From positions 3,273 to 67,272 of the forward strand of contig QHSU01000087.1 of the NCBI GenBank assembly GCA_003220535.1: a DNA stretch of 64,000 nt. The letters run 5' to 3'. This stretch comes from Candidatus Rokuibacteriota bacterium (lineage in GTDB: Bacteria; Methylomirabilota; Methylomirabilia; Rokubacteriales; CSP1-6). This document shows positions 17,190-25,164 of the stretch, one piece after another. The notes under the pieces are model-generated. The model ran no database searches. It was not told where the DNA came from and saw only the letters and a list, made by a program, of their open reading frames with translations. Positions within the stretch are counted from its first letter, which is position 1; each line of letters starts with the position of its first letter. A program made the position numbers and the translations under genes.

Positions 17190-19101
17190 GCGCGGTCATC
17201 TCCGGCCCGACGTCCTCGACGCGCACGCGCGACTTGAGGGTGGCCGTGCGGCCGTCCTCGTAGGTGATGCTCGCCTCCAGCTCCACCGTGTGACCGCCCG
17301 AGTAGAACGCGTCGATGACCGCAGCGTACTTCTCGGACACGAACCGCCGCCGCACCTTGCGCGTTCGCGTCATCTCGGCGTCGTCGGCCTCCAGGTCCTT
17401 GGTGAGAAGCAGAAACCGGCGGATCTGCGTGGCCGCCGGCAGCGTCTCGTTGCCCTTGCGGATCTCCTCGCGGATCAGCCCGCAGACCTCGGGCTTCTGG
17501 CTCAGGTCCATATAGCTCGTGTACGGAATTCCGCGCCGCTCCGCCCAGTTCCCCACCGTGTTGAGGTCGATGGCGACCATCGCGGTGACGAAGTCGCGCT
17601 CGTGGCCGAAGGCCACCGCCTCGCGGACGTAGGGGCTGAACTTCAGCTTGTTCTCGATGAACTGCGGCGCGAACGGCGTGCCGTCCCGGAGCGCGCCGAC
17701 GTCCTTGGCGCGGTCGATGATGACGAGGTGGCCGCGCGGGTCCATGAAGCCCGCGTCGCCGGTGCGGAACCAGCCGTCGGGATCGATGACCTCGCGCGTC
17801 GCCTCCTCGTTCTTGAGGTAGCCCTTGAAGATGACGGGACCCCGTACCAGCACCTCGCCGCGATCGGCGATCTTGACTTCGATGCCCGGGCACGGGCGCC
17901 CGGCGGTCGTCGGATTGGCCTCGGCGCTCGGCTGCAGCGACACCAGGCCCGTCGTCTCCGTGGAGCCATACACCTGCTTGAGGTTGACGCCGATCGACCG
18001 GAAGAATCGAAACGTGTCCGGGCCGAGCGGCGCGCCGCCCGTCAGCGCCCAGCGGGCGCGGCGCAGGCCGAGCTGATCGCGGATCGGCGTGTAGACGAGG
18101 ACGTTGCCGAGCATGCGCGCCAGCCGCAGGCCGAGCGGGATTGGCTTACCGTCGGCGCGCAGGATCTCGGCGCGCTCGGCGACGGCGCGGAAGCGCTCGA
18201 AGACCCATCGCTTGAGGGCCGGCGCGTCGGCAGCCTTCACCTGCACCGCCGTCAGCATGTTCTCCCAGATGCGCGGCGGCGCCAGCACGGTCGTCGGCCC
18301 CAGCTCGCGCAGGTCGCGCTGGACCGTCTCCGGGCTCTCCGGGCAGTTGGCGCAGAACCCCACCACGAGGCTGAGGAACAGCGTATAGGCGGCGTCGCCC
18401 GCCCACGCCATCGGCAGATACGCGAGGGCGTCGTCCTCCGGGCGGATGTCGTCGGCCTTGCGGAACGCCTCCGCGATGCCGATCGCGTTGGCGTGGGTGA
18501 GCATGACGCCCTTCGGGTTGCCGGTGGTGCCCGAGGTGTAGCAGATGATGGCGACGTCCTCGGGCTTCCCCTTCTCGATCTCGGCCTCGAAGTACGTGGA
18601 GTGCCGGGTCGCGAACGAACGCCCGAGCTCCTGGACGTCCTGGTAAGAGCGGAGCCAGTCGTGCTTGTAGCGCAGCAGGCCGCGCGGGTCGTCGTAGACG
18701 ACGAGGCGCAGCGCCGGGAGCTGGTCGCGGAGGCCCAGCACCTTGTCCACCTGCTCCTGATCCTCGGCGACGATCACCGCGCACTCGGCATGATTCCAGA
18801 CGAAGGCGAGCTCCTTGGCGATCGAGTCCTGGTAGACCGGCACCGGCACCCCGCCCAGGCACTGCGCGGCAACCTGGGCCCAGTAGAGCCGCGGGCGGTT
18901 GTCACCGATGACCGACAGCCGCTCGCCGCGCTTGAAGCCGAGTGCAGCGAGCCCCAGGGCGAACTCGCGGACCTGGTCGTGGTACTGGCCCCACGTCCAG
19001 GTCTGCCAGATGCCGCGGTCCTTCTCACGAATCGCCGGCCGGTCGCGCAGGTCGCGGGCGTTCCTCTGCAGCAGTCTCGCGAGCGTCGTCGCCTCAGCCA
19101 C
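17182..19101 (-). CDS. long-chain-type AMP-dependent acyl-CoA synthetase embedded in ABC module A
   Basis: It has ICYTSGTTGNPKGVMLTH and GWFRTGDAG motifs. The start is trimmed to GTG 19101 (VAEATTLARLLQRNARDL), which aligns with the paralog's N-terminus and overlaps the livG-like stop by 8 nt. About 639 aa. Confidence 0.85.
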   Translation of the reverse strand: MAEATTLARLLQRNARDLRDRPAIREKDRGIWQTWTWGQYHDQVREFALGLAALGFKRGERLSVIGDNRPRLYWAQVAAQCLGGVPVPVYQDSIAKELAFVWNHAECAVIVAEDQEQVDKVLGLRDQLPALRLVVYDDPRGLLRYKHDWLRSYQDVQELGRSFATRHSTYFEAEIEKGKPEDVAIICYTSGTTGNPKGVMLTHANAIGIAEAFRKADDIRPEDDALAYLPMAWAGDAAYTLFLSLVVGFCANCPESPETVQRDLRELGPTTVLAPPRIWENMLTAVQVKAADAPALKRWVFERFRAVAERAEILRADGKPIPLGLRLARMLGNVLVYTPIRDQLGLRRARWALTGGAPLGPDTFRFFRSIGVNLKQVYGSTETTGLVSLQPSAEANPTTAGRPCPGIEVKIADRGEVLVRGPVIFKGYLKNEEATREVIDPDGWFRTGDAGFMDPRGHLVIIDRAKDVGALRDGTPFAPQFIENKLKFSPYVREAVAFGHERDFVTAMVAIDLNTVGNWAERRGIPYTSYMDLSQKPEVCGLIREEIRKGNETLPAATQIRRFLLLTKDLEADDAEMTRTRKVRRRFVSEKYAAVIDAFYSGGHTVELEASITYEDGRTATLKSRVRVEDVGPEMTARV

Positions 19102-19897
19102 GGGATCCTCCAGCGCCGATGGTCTTGGTCTCGCCGAGATATGCCTTGATGACGCGCGGGTTCGCCCGCACATCGTCGGGCGCGCCCTCGGCGATCTTCT
19201 GGCCCATGTCGAGCACCGCGATACGGTCGGAGATGTCCATGACCACGCCCATGTCGTGCTCGATCAGGATCACGGTGACGCCCCACTCCTCGTTGACGTC
19301 GAGGATGAAGCGCGCCATGTCCTCTTTTTCCTCGTGGTTGCACCCGCCCATCGGCTCGTCGAGGAGCAGGACCTTCGGGTCGAGCGCCAGCGCCCGTCCG
19401 AGCTCGACGCGCTTCTGCAGGCCGTAAGCCAGGGACCCGGTCGGGCGCCGGCGCAGGTCCTGGATGCTCAGGAAGTCGATGATGTCCTCGACGCGCTTGC
19501 GGTGCGCAACCTCCTCCTTCTGCGCGAACCCCCAGTAGGCGAAGGCCCCCAGCACGCCGGTCTTCATGTGCACGTGCCGGCCGAGCATGAGGTTGTCGAG
19601 CACGGTCATGCCCCGGAACAAGGCGATGTTCTGGAACGTGCGCGCGATGCCGAGCTCGGCGACCCGGCTCGGCGCCAGGTCGGTGATGTCGCGCCCCTCG
19701 AGCGTGATGCGGCCGCTGTCCGGATGGTAGAAGCCGCTGATCATGTTGAGCACGGTCGTCTTGCCGGCGCCGTTGGGGCCGATGACCGACAGGATCTCGC
19801 CCTTCTGGGCTTCCAGGGACACCCGCGTCACGGCCTGCACGCCGCCGAACGCCTTGGACACTTCGCGGATCTCGAGCAGCGCGCTCACGACAGCCAC
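19094..19897 (-). CDS. Liv-type ABC importer ATPase (LivG-like), module A
   Basis: 267 aa. It has GPNGAGKTT, LAYGLQKRVELGRAL and LLLDEPMGG. An alternative GTG at 19888 would give a GTGA overlap with the upstream stop. Confidence 0.9.
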   Translation of the reverse strand: MAVVSALLEIREVSKAFGGVQAVTRVSLEAQKGEILSVIGPNGAGKTTVLNMISGFYHPDSGRITLEGRDITDLAPSRVAELGIARTFQNIALFRGMTVLDNLMLGRHVHMKTGVLGAFAYWGFAQKEEVAHRKRVEDIIDFLSIQDLRRRPTGSLAYGLQKRVELGRALALDPKVLLLDEPMGGCNHEEKEDMARFILDVNEEWGVTVILIEHDMGVVMDISDRIAVLDMGQKIAEGAPDDVRANPRVIKAYLGETKTIGAGGSRG

Positions 19898-20703
19898 CGC
19901 TTCCGCCGTCGGTAGTGCTTGACGTCGCGATAGCTCTTCCGCTGGCCCACGCCGGTCAGACCCAGATAGAACTCCTTGATATCCTCGTTCTCGCTGATCG
20001 TCCTGGCATCGCCGTCCAGCACGATCCGGCCATTCTCCATAACATAGCCGTGCTGGGCAACCTGTAATGCCATGGTCGCGTTTTGCTCGGCGAGGAGCAC
20101 CGCCACCCGCTCCTCGCGGTTGAGCCGCCCGACGATGTCGAAGATCTCCTTCACGAGCATGGGCGCCAGCCCCATGGACGGCTCGTCGAGGAGCATCAGC
20201 GTCGGTCGGGCCATGAGCGCGCGGCCGATGGCCACCATCTGCTGCTCGCCGCCCGAGATGTACCCCGCCTTGAAGCCGCGGCGCTCGGTCAATCGCGGAA
20301 AGTAGTGGTAGACGACGTCGAGATCCTTCTTCGTCGACTGCCCGTTGCGCCGTGTGTAGGCCCCGGTCAATAGATTTTCCTCGACCGTCAGGTGCTCGAA
20401 CACGTGCCGCCCCTCCATCACCTGGACGATCCCGTGCTTGACGACCTCGGAGGGGTTCTGCCGGTGGATCGCCCGCCCCTGGAACTCGATCGCGCCCTTC
20501 GTCACCTCGCCGCGCTCGGTCCGGAGGAGCCCCGAGATCGCCTTGAGGGTCGTGCTCTTGCCGGCGCCGTTGGCCCCGAGGAGGGCGACGATGCCCCCCT
20601 CGGGGACCGTGAGCGACACGCCCTTCAACACGAGGATCACGTGGTCGTAGATGACCTCGATGTTGCTGACCGCCAGGAGCGGTCGCGGTGTGGCGTCGGC
20701 CAC
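19885..20703 (-). CDS. Liv-type ABC importer ATPase (LivF-like) with basic C-terminal tail, module B
   Basis: 272 aa. It has GANGAGKST and ISGGEQQMV. It ends SYRDVKHYRRRKRWLS, like its module A paralog. Confidence 0.9.
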   Translation of the reverse strand: MADATPRPLLAVSNIEVIYDHVILVLKGVSLTVPEGGIVALLGANGAGKSTTLKAISGLLRTERGEVTKGAIEFQGRAIHRQNPSEVVKHGIVQVMEGRHVFEHLTVEENLLTGAYTRRNGQSTKKDLDVVYHYFPRLTERRGFKAGYISGGEQQMVAIGRALMARPTLMLLDEPSMGLAPMLVKEIFDIVGRLNREERVAVLLAEQNATMALQVAQHGYVMENGRIVLDGDARTISENEDIKEFYLGLTGVGQRKSYRDVKHYRRRKRWLS

Positions 20704-20713
20704 CGGCGCGCCC

Positions 20714-22027
20714 TCACTTCTCCTTCGAGCAGTCGCGCATCGTGTAGCTGAGCTTCTTGCCCTCCTCGACGGCCGCCGCCTCGATCTTCGGCCGGACGAC
20801 GTCGCGCATCGGCGCGATCCAGTCGGAGACGACGTTCCACTTCTTGCCGTCCCACTGCTGGATGAGCACGGGGCCGCTCCCCTCGTGATCCTCGCACGTC
20901 ACCTTCACCGCGTGCGTGAAGCCCTTCATGCCGACCTGGTCGAGGCGCTGGTCGGTGAGGTTGAGGTTCTCGAAGCCCCAGCGGACCTGTTCGCCGGTGA
21001 GCGGTTTGTTGCCGAACTTCGCCATCGCGGTGCGGATGGCCTCGGCCGAGAACATCGCGTTGACGACGCCGCGGTTGTAGAGCGGCGCACCCATCTCTTC
21101 TTTCTTTCCGGTGCCCTTTCCCTTGTCGTAGACGTGCTTGAGGATCTCCGCGTGCGCCTTGAAGTTGGTACCTGGCGCGTGGAACGTCGCGCCCTTGTAG
21201 CCTTTCGCCCCCTCGCCGGCCGGGACGACGTCGGAGTCGTTGGCCGACCACCAGTTGCCGATGAGACGGTCCATCTTGAAGCCGACGGACGCCGCTTCCT
21301 TGATCGCGACCTGGTTCATGACGCCCCAGCCCGACATGAAGATCCAGTCCGGATTCAGCCGTCGCACCTGGAGCCACGTCGCCTTCTGCTCCTGCCCGGG
21401 ATGGTCCACCGCGAGCAGTGTCAGCTCGAACTGGTACTTCCTCGCGAGCTCCTCGAGCGTCGGGTTCGCCTCCTTCCCGTAGGCGCTGTTGTGGAAGATG
21501 TGGGCGATCTTCTTGCCCTTCAGCTTCTCGACGCCGCCCTCCTGCTGACCGATGTAGCGAATGACGGCCGACGCCTGGCTCCAGTAGTTCGTCGGGAAGT
21601 TGAACACCCACGGGAACCACCGGCCGTCGGAGGCGGCGCTCATGCCATACCCCATCGAGAAGACCACCACCTTGTCGACAGAAGCCTTGGGGATCAGCGA
21701 GTAGGTGATCGCGGTGCTGTAGGGATTCACGAGCACGGGACTCTTCCCTTTGAGGCGTTCGTAGCACTCGACGCCCTGCTTGTTGTCGTACTGCGTCTCG
21801 CACTCTTCCCACGCGACCTTGACGCCGTTGATCCCGCCGTCGCGCTCGTTCAAGAGCGTGAAGTAGTCGACGAAGCCGTCGGCGATCGGAATACCGCTCG
21901 GCGCATACGGACCGGTCCGGTAGACGAGCAGTGGGATGAACATCTCCTTCGGTTGGGCGACGACCAGCATCGGCGCCGTGATCACCAGCGCCGCCAGCAT
22001 CGCGATCGAGACGATCCGTACCCTCAT
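20714..22027 (-). CDS. Liv-type ABC substrate-binding protein, module B
   Basis: 437 aa. Signal peptide MRVRIVSIAMLAALVITAPMLVVAQ, followed by a type-1 periplasmic binding fold. Confidence 0.85.
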   Translation of the reverse strand: MRVRIVSIAMLAALVITAPMLVVAQPKEMFIPLLVYRTGPYAPSGIPIADGFVDYFTLLNERDGGINGVKVAWEECETQYDNKQGVECYERLKGKSPVLVNPYSTAITYSLIPKASVDKVVVFSMGYGMSAASDGRWFPWVFNFPTNYWSQASAVIRYIGQQEGGVEKLKGKKIAHIFHNSAYGKEANPTLEELARKYQFELTLLAVDHPGQEQKATWLQVRRLNPDWIFMSGWGVMNQVAIKEAASVGFKMDRLIGNWWSANDSDVVPAGEGAKGYKGATFHAPGTNFKAHAEILKHVYDKGKGTGKKEEMGAPLYNRGVVNAMFSAEAIRTAMAKFGNKPLTGEQVRWGFENLNLTDQRLDQVGMKGFTHAVKVTCEDHEGSGPVLIQQWDGKKWNVVSDWIAPMRDVVRPKIEAAAVEEGKKLSYTMRDCSKEK

Positions 22028-22049
22028 GACGCTCTCCTTTCACTCACGC

Positions 22050-23126
22050 TCAATGGGGGAATGGCCAGAGCCGCAGCTTCTCCTTCGTGATCTGCCAGAG
22101 CCGGGCCAGGCCGCGCGGCTCGACGATCAGGAAGAAGATGATCAGTCCGCCGAAGACCATCAGCTCGATCTGCTTCTGGAGCGCGACGGGCAGTCGGAGT
22201 CCGACCGCATGCGGCGCGTTACTCAAGACGATCGGGACCAGCACGATGAACGCGGCGCCGAGGAAGGACCCCACGATGCTGCCCAGGCCGCCGATGATCA
22301 CCATGAACAGGACGAGGAACGAGATGCTGATGTCGAACGCCAGCGTCTCGGCGCTGCCGAGATAGAGGAACACCAGCTCGGCTCCGGCCACCCCGCAGTA
22401 GAACGAGCTGATGGCGAACGCGAGCAGCTTCGTCCGCAACGGACGCACGCCGATGATCTCGGCGGCGATGTCGCGGTCGCGGATCGCCATCCAGGACCGG
22501 CCAACGCGACCGCGCACCAGGTTCTTGGCGACGAGGGCGAACACGGCGACCAGGCCCAGCGCGGTGAGGTACCGCGCCGACGGGGTCGAGTTCGGGCCGG
22601 TGATGAGGGCGCCGAAGAGCGTCCGGTCCGGGGCGGTGATGGTGCCCGACGAAGCGTAGTTGGTGAACCACGCGACCTTGTTGAAGAGCCAGAGGAGGAA
22701 GAACTGCGACGCGAGGGTGGCGACGGCGAGGTAGAAGCCCTTGATCCGGAGGCTCGGGATGCCGAACAGCAGTCCGACGGCTGCCGCGACGACGCCCGAG
22801 AGCAGGAAGACGACGATGACGTTGAGCTGCGGGAACGCCGTCGCCAGCTTGAACGCCGCGTAGGCGCCGACGGCCATGAAGCCGCCGGTGCCGAGCGAGA
22901 GCTGCCCGGCGTACCCGGTCAGCAGATTGAGGCCGATGGCCGCGAGCGCGTAGATCAGGAACGGGATCAGGACCGCCTGGAGCCAGTACTCGCTGGCGAC
23001 GAGAGGCGGCACGACGAAGGCCGCCACCGCTGCCGCCAGGACGACGACGCGATCCTGAACGATCGGGAAGATCGCCTGGTCGCTGGCGTACGTCTCTTTG
23101 AACTGTCCGGCTTCGCGATAAATCAC
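22050..23126 (-). CDS. Liv-type ABC permease (LivM-like), module B
   Basis: The start is set to GTG 23126 by conservation with 14597-15664. The track ORF upstream of it is translated repeat. About 358 aa. Confidence 0.8.
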   Translation of the reverse strand: MIYREAGQFKETYASDQAIFPIVQDRVVVLAAAVAAFVVPPLVASEYWLQAVLIPFLIYALAAIGLNLLTGYAGQLSLGTGGFMAVGAYAAFKLATAFPQLNVIVVFLLSGVVAAAVGLLFGIPSLRIKGFYLAVATLASQFFLLWLFNKVAWFTNYASSGTITAPDRTLFGALITGPNSTPSARYLTALGLVAVFALVAKNLVRGRVGRSWMAIRDRDIAAEIIGVRPLRTKLLAFAISSFYCGVAGAELVFLYLGSAETLAFDISISFLVLFMVIIGGLGSIVGSFLGAAFIVLVPIVLSNAPHAVGLRLPVALQKQIELMVFGGLIIFFLIVEPRGLARLWQITKEKLRLWPFPH

Positions 23127-23131
23127 TTGGC

Positions 23132-23310
23132 GGTGCCCCACAGGGCCAGGCGGGCGGGGTGCGGGCGGGGTCGCTCGGACCACGCCGCACGCGCGCGCTG
23201 CTCCGGGGCGGCTGGGCTCCATCCGGCGGCGCCACGCCCGTCGCCGCGTTGAGGGAACGGGTCCGTTCGACCCCGCCCGCACGCCACCCGCCCGGCCCAG
23301 TGGGGTGTCC
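23132..23310. repeat. palindromic intercistronic element, copy 4 (core inverted; same subfamily as copy 6)
   Basis: The arms at 23132-23181 and 23260-23310 are largely complementary. The core blocks read on the minus strand (variant GCGCGCGCGTGCGGCGTGGTC). The left end lies 5 nt from the livM-like start codon. Confidence 0.85.
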
Positions 23311-23346
23311 TTGGTCTGCGGCATGGATTCACGATTTGCATAGGCG

Positions 23347-24285
23347 TCACACGCGCTCGATGATTTTTTCGCCGAAGAGGCCTTGGGGTCTCACCAGCAG
23401 GAAGGCCAACGCGAGGACGTAAGCGAACCAGTTCTCGATGGCGCCGCCGACGAGCGGCCCCCAGTAGACTTCGCCCAGCTTCTCGCCGATACCGATGATG
23501 AGCCCGCCCACGATGGCGCCCGGCACGGACTCGAAGCCGCCCAGGATGAGCACGGGCAAGGCCTTGAGGGCGATCAGCGACAGGCTGAACTGGACGCCGC
23601 TCTTGGCGCCCCACATCAAGCCGGCCACGATGGCGACCACTCCCGCGATCGACCACACGACGACCCAGATCGTCTTGAGCGGGATGCCGATGGAGAGCGC
23701 CGCCTCGTGGTCGTCGGCGACCGCGCGCAGAGCCCGCCCGATCCGGGTCTTCTGGAAGAACAGCGCCAGCAACGTCACCAGGACCGCGGCCGTCACCGCC
23801 GCCGTCAGCTCGAGCTCGTTGATCTGCACGCCGCGCACGATGAACGATCGATCGGGAATCCCGATGTCGAGCTTCTTGACGTTGGCGCCCCACAGCATCT
23901 CGCCGAAGCCTTCGAGGAAAAAGTTCAGGCCGATCGTGGCCATGAACAGGATGATGTGCTCCTGGTTGACCAGCGGGCGCAGCACGAGCCGCTCGATCGC
24001 GAAGGCCAGCGCCACCATGACCACGGTCGTCACGGCGAGGGCGAGGACGACGGGCACGCGGCGCTCGAGCAGCCCGACCAAGGTGAGGGCCGCGAACAGC
24101 ACCATCACGCCCTGGGCGAAGTTGAACACGCCCGAGGCCTTGAAGATGAGGACGAACCCGAGCGCCACCAGCGAGTACATGAGCCCCGCAAAGAGCCCGC
24201 CGATCAGCACCTCCACCAGAAACGCCGGCGATCCCGCCATGTCCTTGAACGGCGCGACGAACACGGCTTGCAATACGTCCAGCAT
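23347..24285 (-). CDS. Liv-type ABC permease (LivH-like), module B
   Basis: 312 aa, multi-pass, with LFAGLMYSLVALGFVLIFKASGVFNFAQG. Confidence 0.9.
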   Translation of the reverse strand: MLDVLQAVFVAPFKDMAGSPAFLVEVLIGGLFAGLMYSLVALGFVLIFKASGVFNFAQGVMVLFAALTLVGLLERRVPVVLALAVTTVVMVALAFAIERLVLRPLVNQEHIILFMATIGLNFFLEGFGEMLWGANVKKLDIGIPDRSFIVRGVQINELELTAAVTAAVLVTLLALFFQKTRIGRALRAVADDHEAALSIGIPLKTIWVVVWSIAGVVAIVAGLMWGAKSGVQFSLSLIALKALPVLILGGFESVPGAIVGGLIIGIGEKLGEVYWGPLVGGAIENWFAYVLALAFLLVRPQGLFGEKIIERV

Positions 24286-24304
24286 CAGACTTGACCGCTT
24301 TCGA

Positions 24305-24367
24305 GCGCCGGCTTTGCCGGCGCAATCCTCTTCTGGGGGAGGCTCGGAGGGGGCCGTCGAGGCCCCC
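24305..24367 (-). other. two perfect GC hairpins in the livG-livH spacer of module B
   Basis: The hairpins are GCGCCGGC-TTT-GCCGGCGC (24305-24323) and GGGGGCC-GTCGA-GGCCCCC (24349-24367). No U-tract follows on the transcribed strand. Confidence 0.5.
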
Positions 24368-24375
24368 TTCGAGGG

Positions 24376-25164
24376 TCACTCATGCGCGACGCCCAGGTAC
24401 GCGTCCAGGACGGCCCGGTCCATCCGAACTTCGGCGGGCCGGCCGTCGGCGATCTTGCGCCCGTAGTCGAGAACCACCACCCGGTCGGAGATGTCCATGA
24501 CCACGCCCATGTCGTGCTCGATCAGCGCGATGGTCGTGCCGAACTCCTGGTTGACGTCGAGGATGAAGCGGCACATGTCCTCCTTCTCCTCGACGTTCAT
24601 TCCCGCCATCGGCTCGTCGAGCAGCAGGAGCGTGGGCTCGGCGGCGAGCGCCCGGGCGAGCTCGACGCGCTTCTGCAACCCGTAGGGCAGACGGCCGGCC
24701 TGCGTCTTGCGGATCGCCTGGATCTCGAGGAAGTCGATGATCCGCTCCACGAAGGCCCGGTGCTCGAGCTCCTGGCGCTTGGCCGGCCCCCAGTAGAGCG
24801 CTTCCAGCAGGAAGCTGCCGCGCATCTTCAAGAGGCGTCCGGTCATGATGTTGTCGAGCACGCTCATGCCGCGGAACAGGGCGACGTTCTGGAACGTGCG
24901 GGCGATCCCGAGCGCGGCGACGTCGGGGGGCGAGAGATGCGTCCGGTCCTTGCCGGCGAACGCGATCCGGCCCTGGTAGGGATGGTAGAAACCGCTGATC
25001 GCGTTGAGCAGCGTCGTCTTGCCGGCGCCGTTCGGGCCGATGATGGCCACGATCTCTCCGCGCGCGACACGGAGGCTCACCTGATTGACCGCGATGAGGG
25101 CGCCGAACCGCACGCTCACGCCGTCGACCTCGAGCAGCGGCCCCGAGGGCCCCGGCCGGCTCAC
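24376..25164 (-). CDS. Liv-type ABC importer ATPase (LivG-like), module B
   Basis: 262 aa. It has GPNGAGKTT, LPYGLQKRVELARAL and LLLDEPMAG. The GTG start overlaps the ligase TGA stop (GTGA). Confidence 0.9.
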   Translation of the reverse strand: MSRPGPSGPLLEVDGVSVRFGALIAVNQVSLRVARGEIVAIIGPNGAGKTTLLNAISGFYHPYQGRIAFAGKDRTHLSPPDVAALGIARTFQNVALFRGMSVLDNIMTGRLLKMRGSFLLEALYWGPAKRQELEHRAFVERIIDFLEIQAIRKTQAGRLPYGLQKRVELARALAAEPTLLLLDEPMAGMNVEEKEDMCRFILDVNQEFGTTIALIEHDMGVVMDISDRVVVLDYGRKIADGRPAEVRMDRAVLDAYLGVAHE

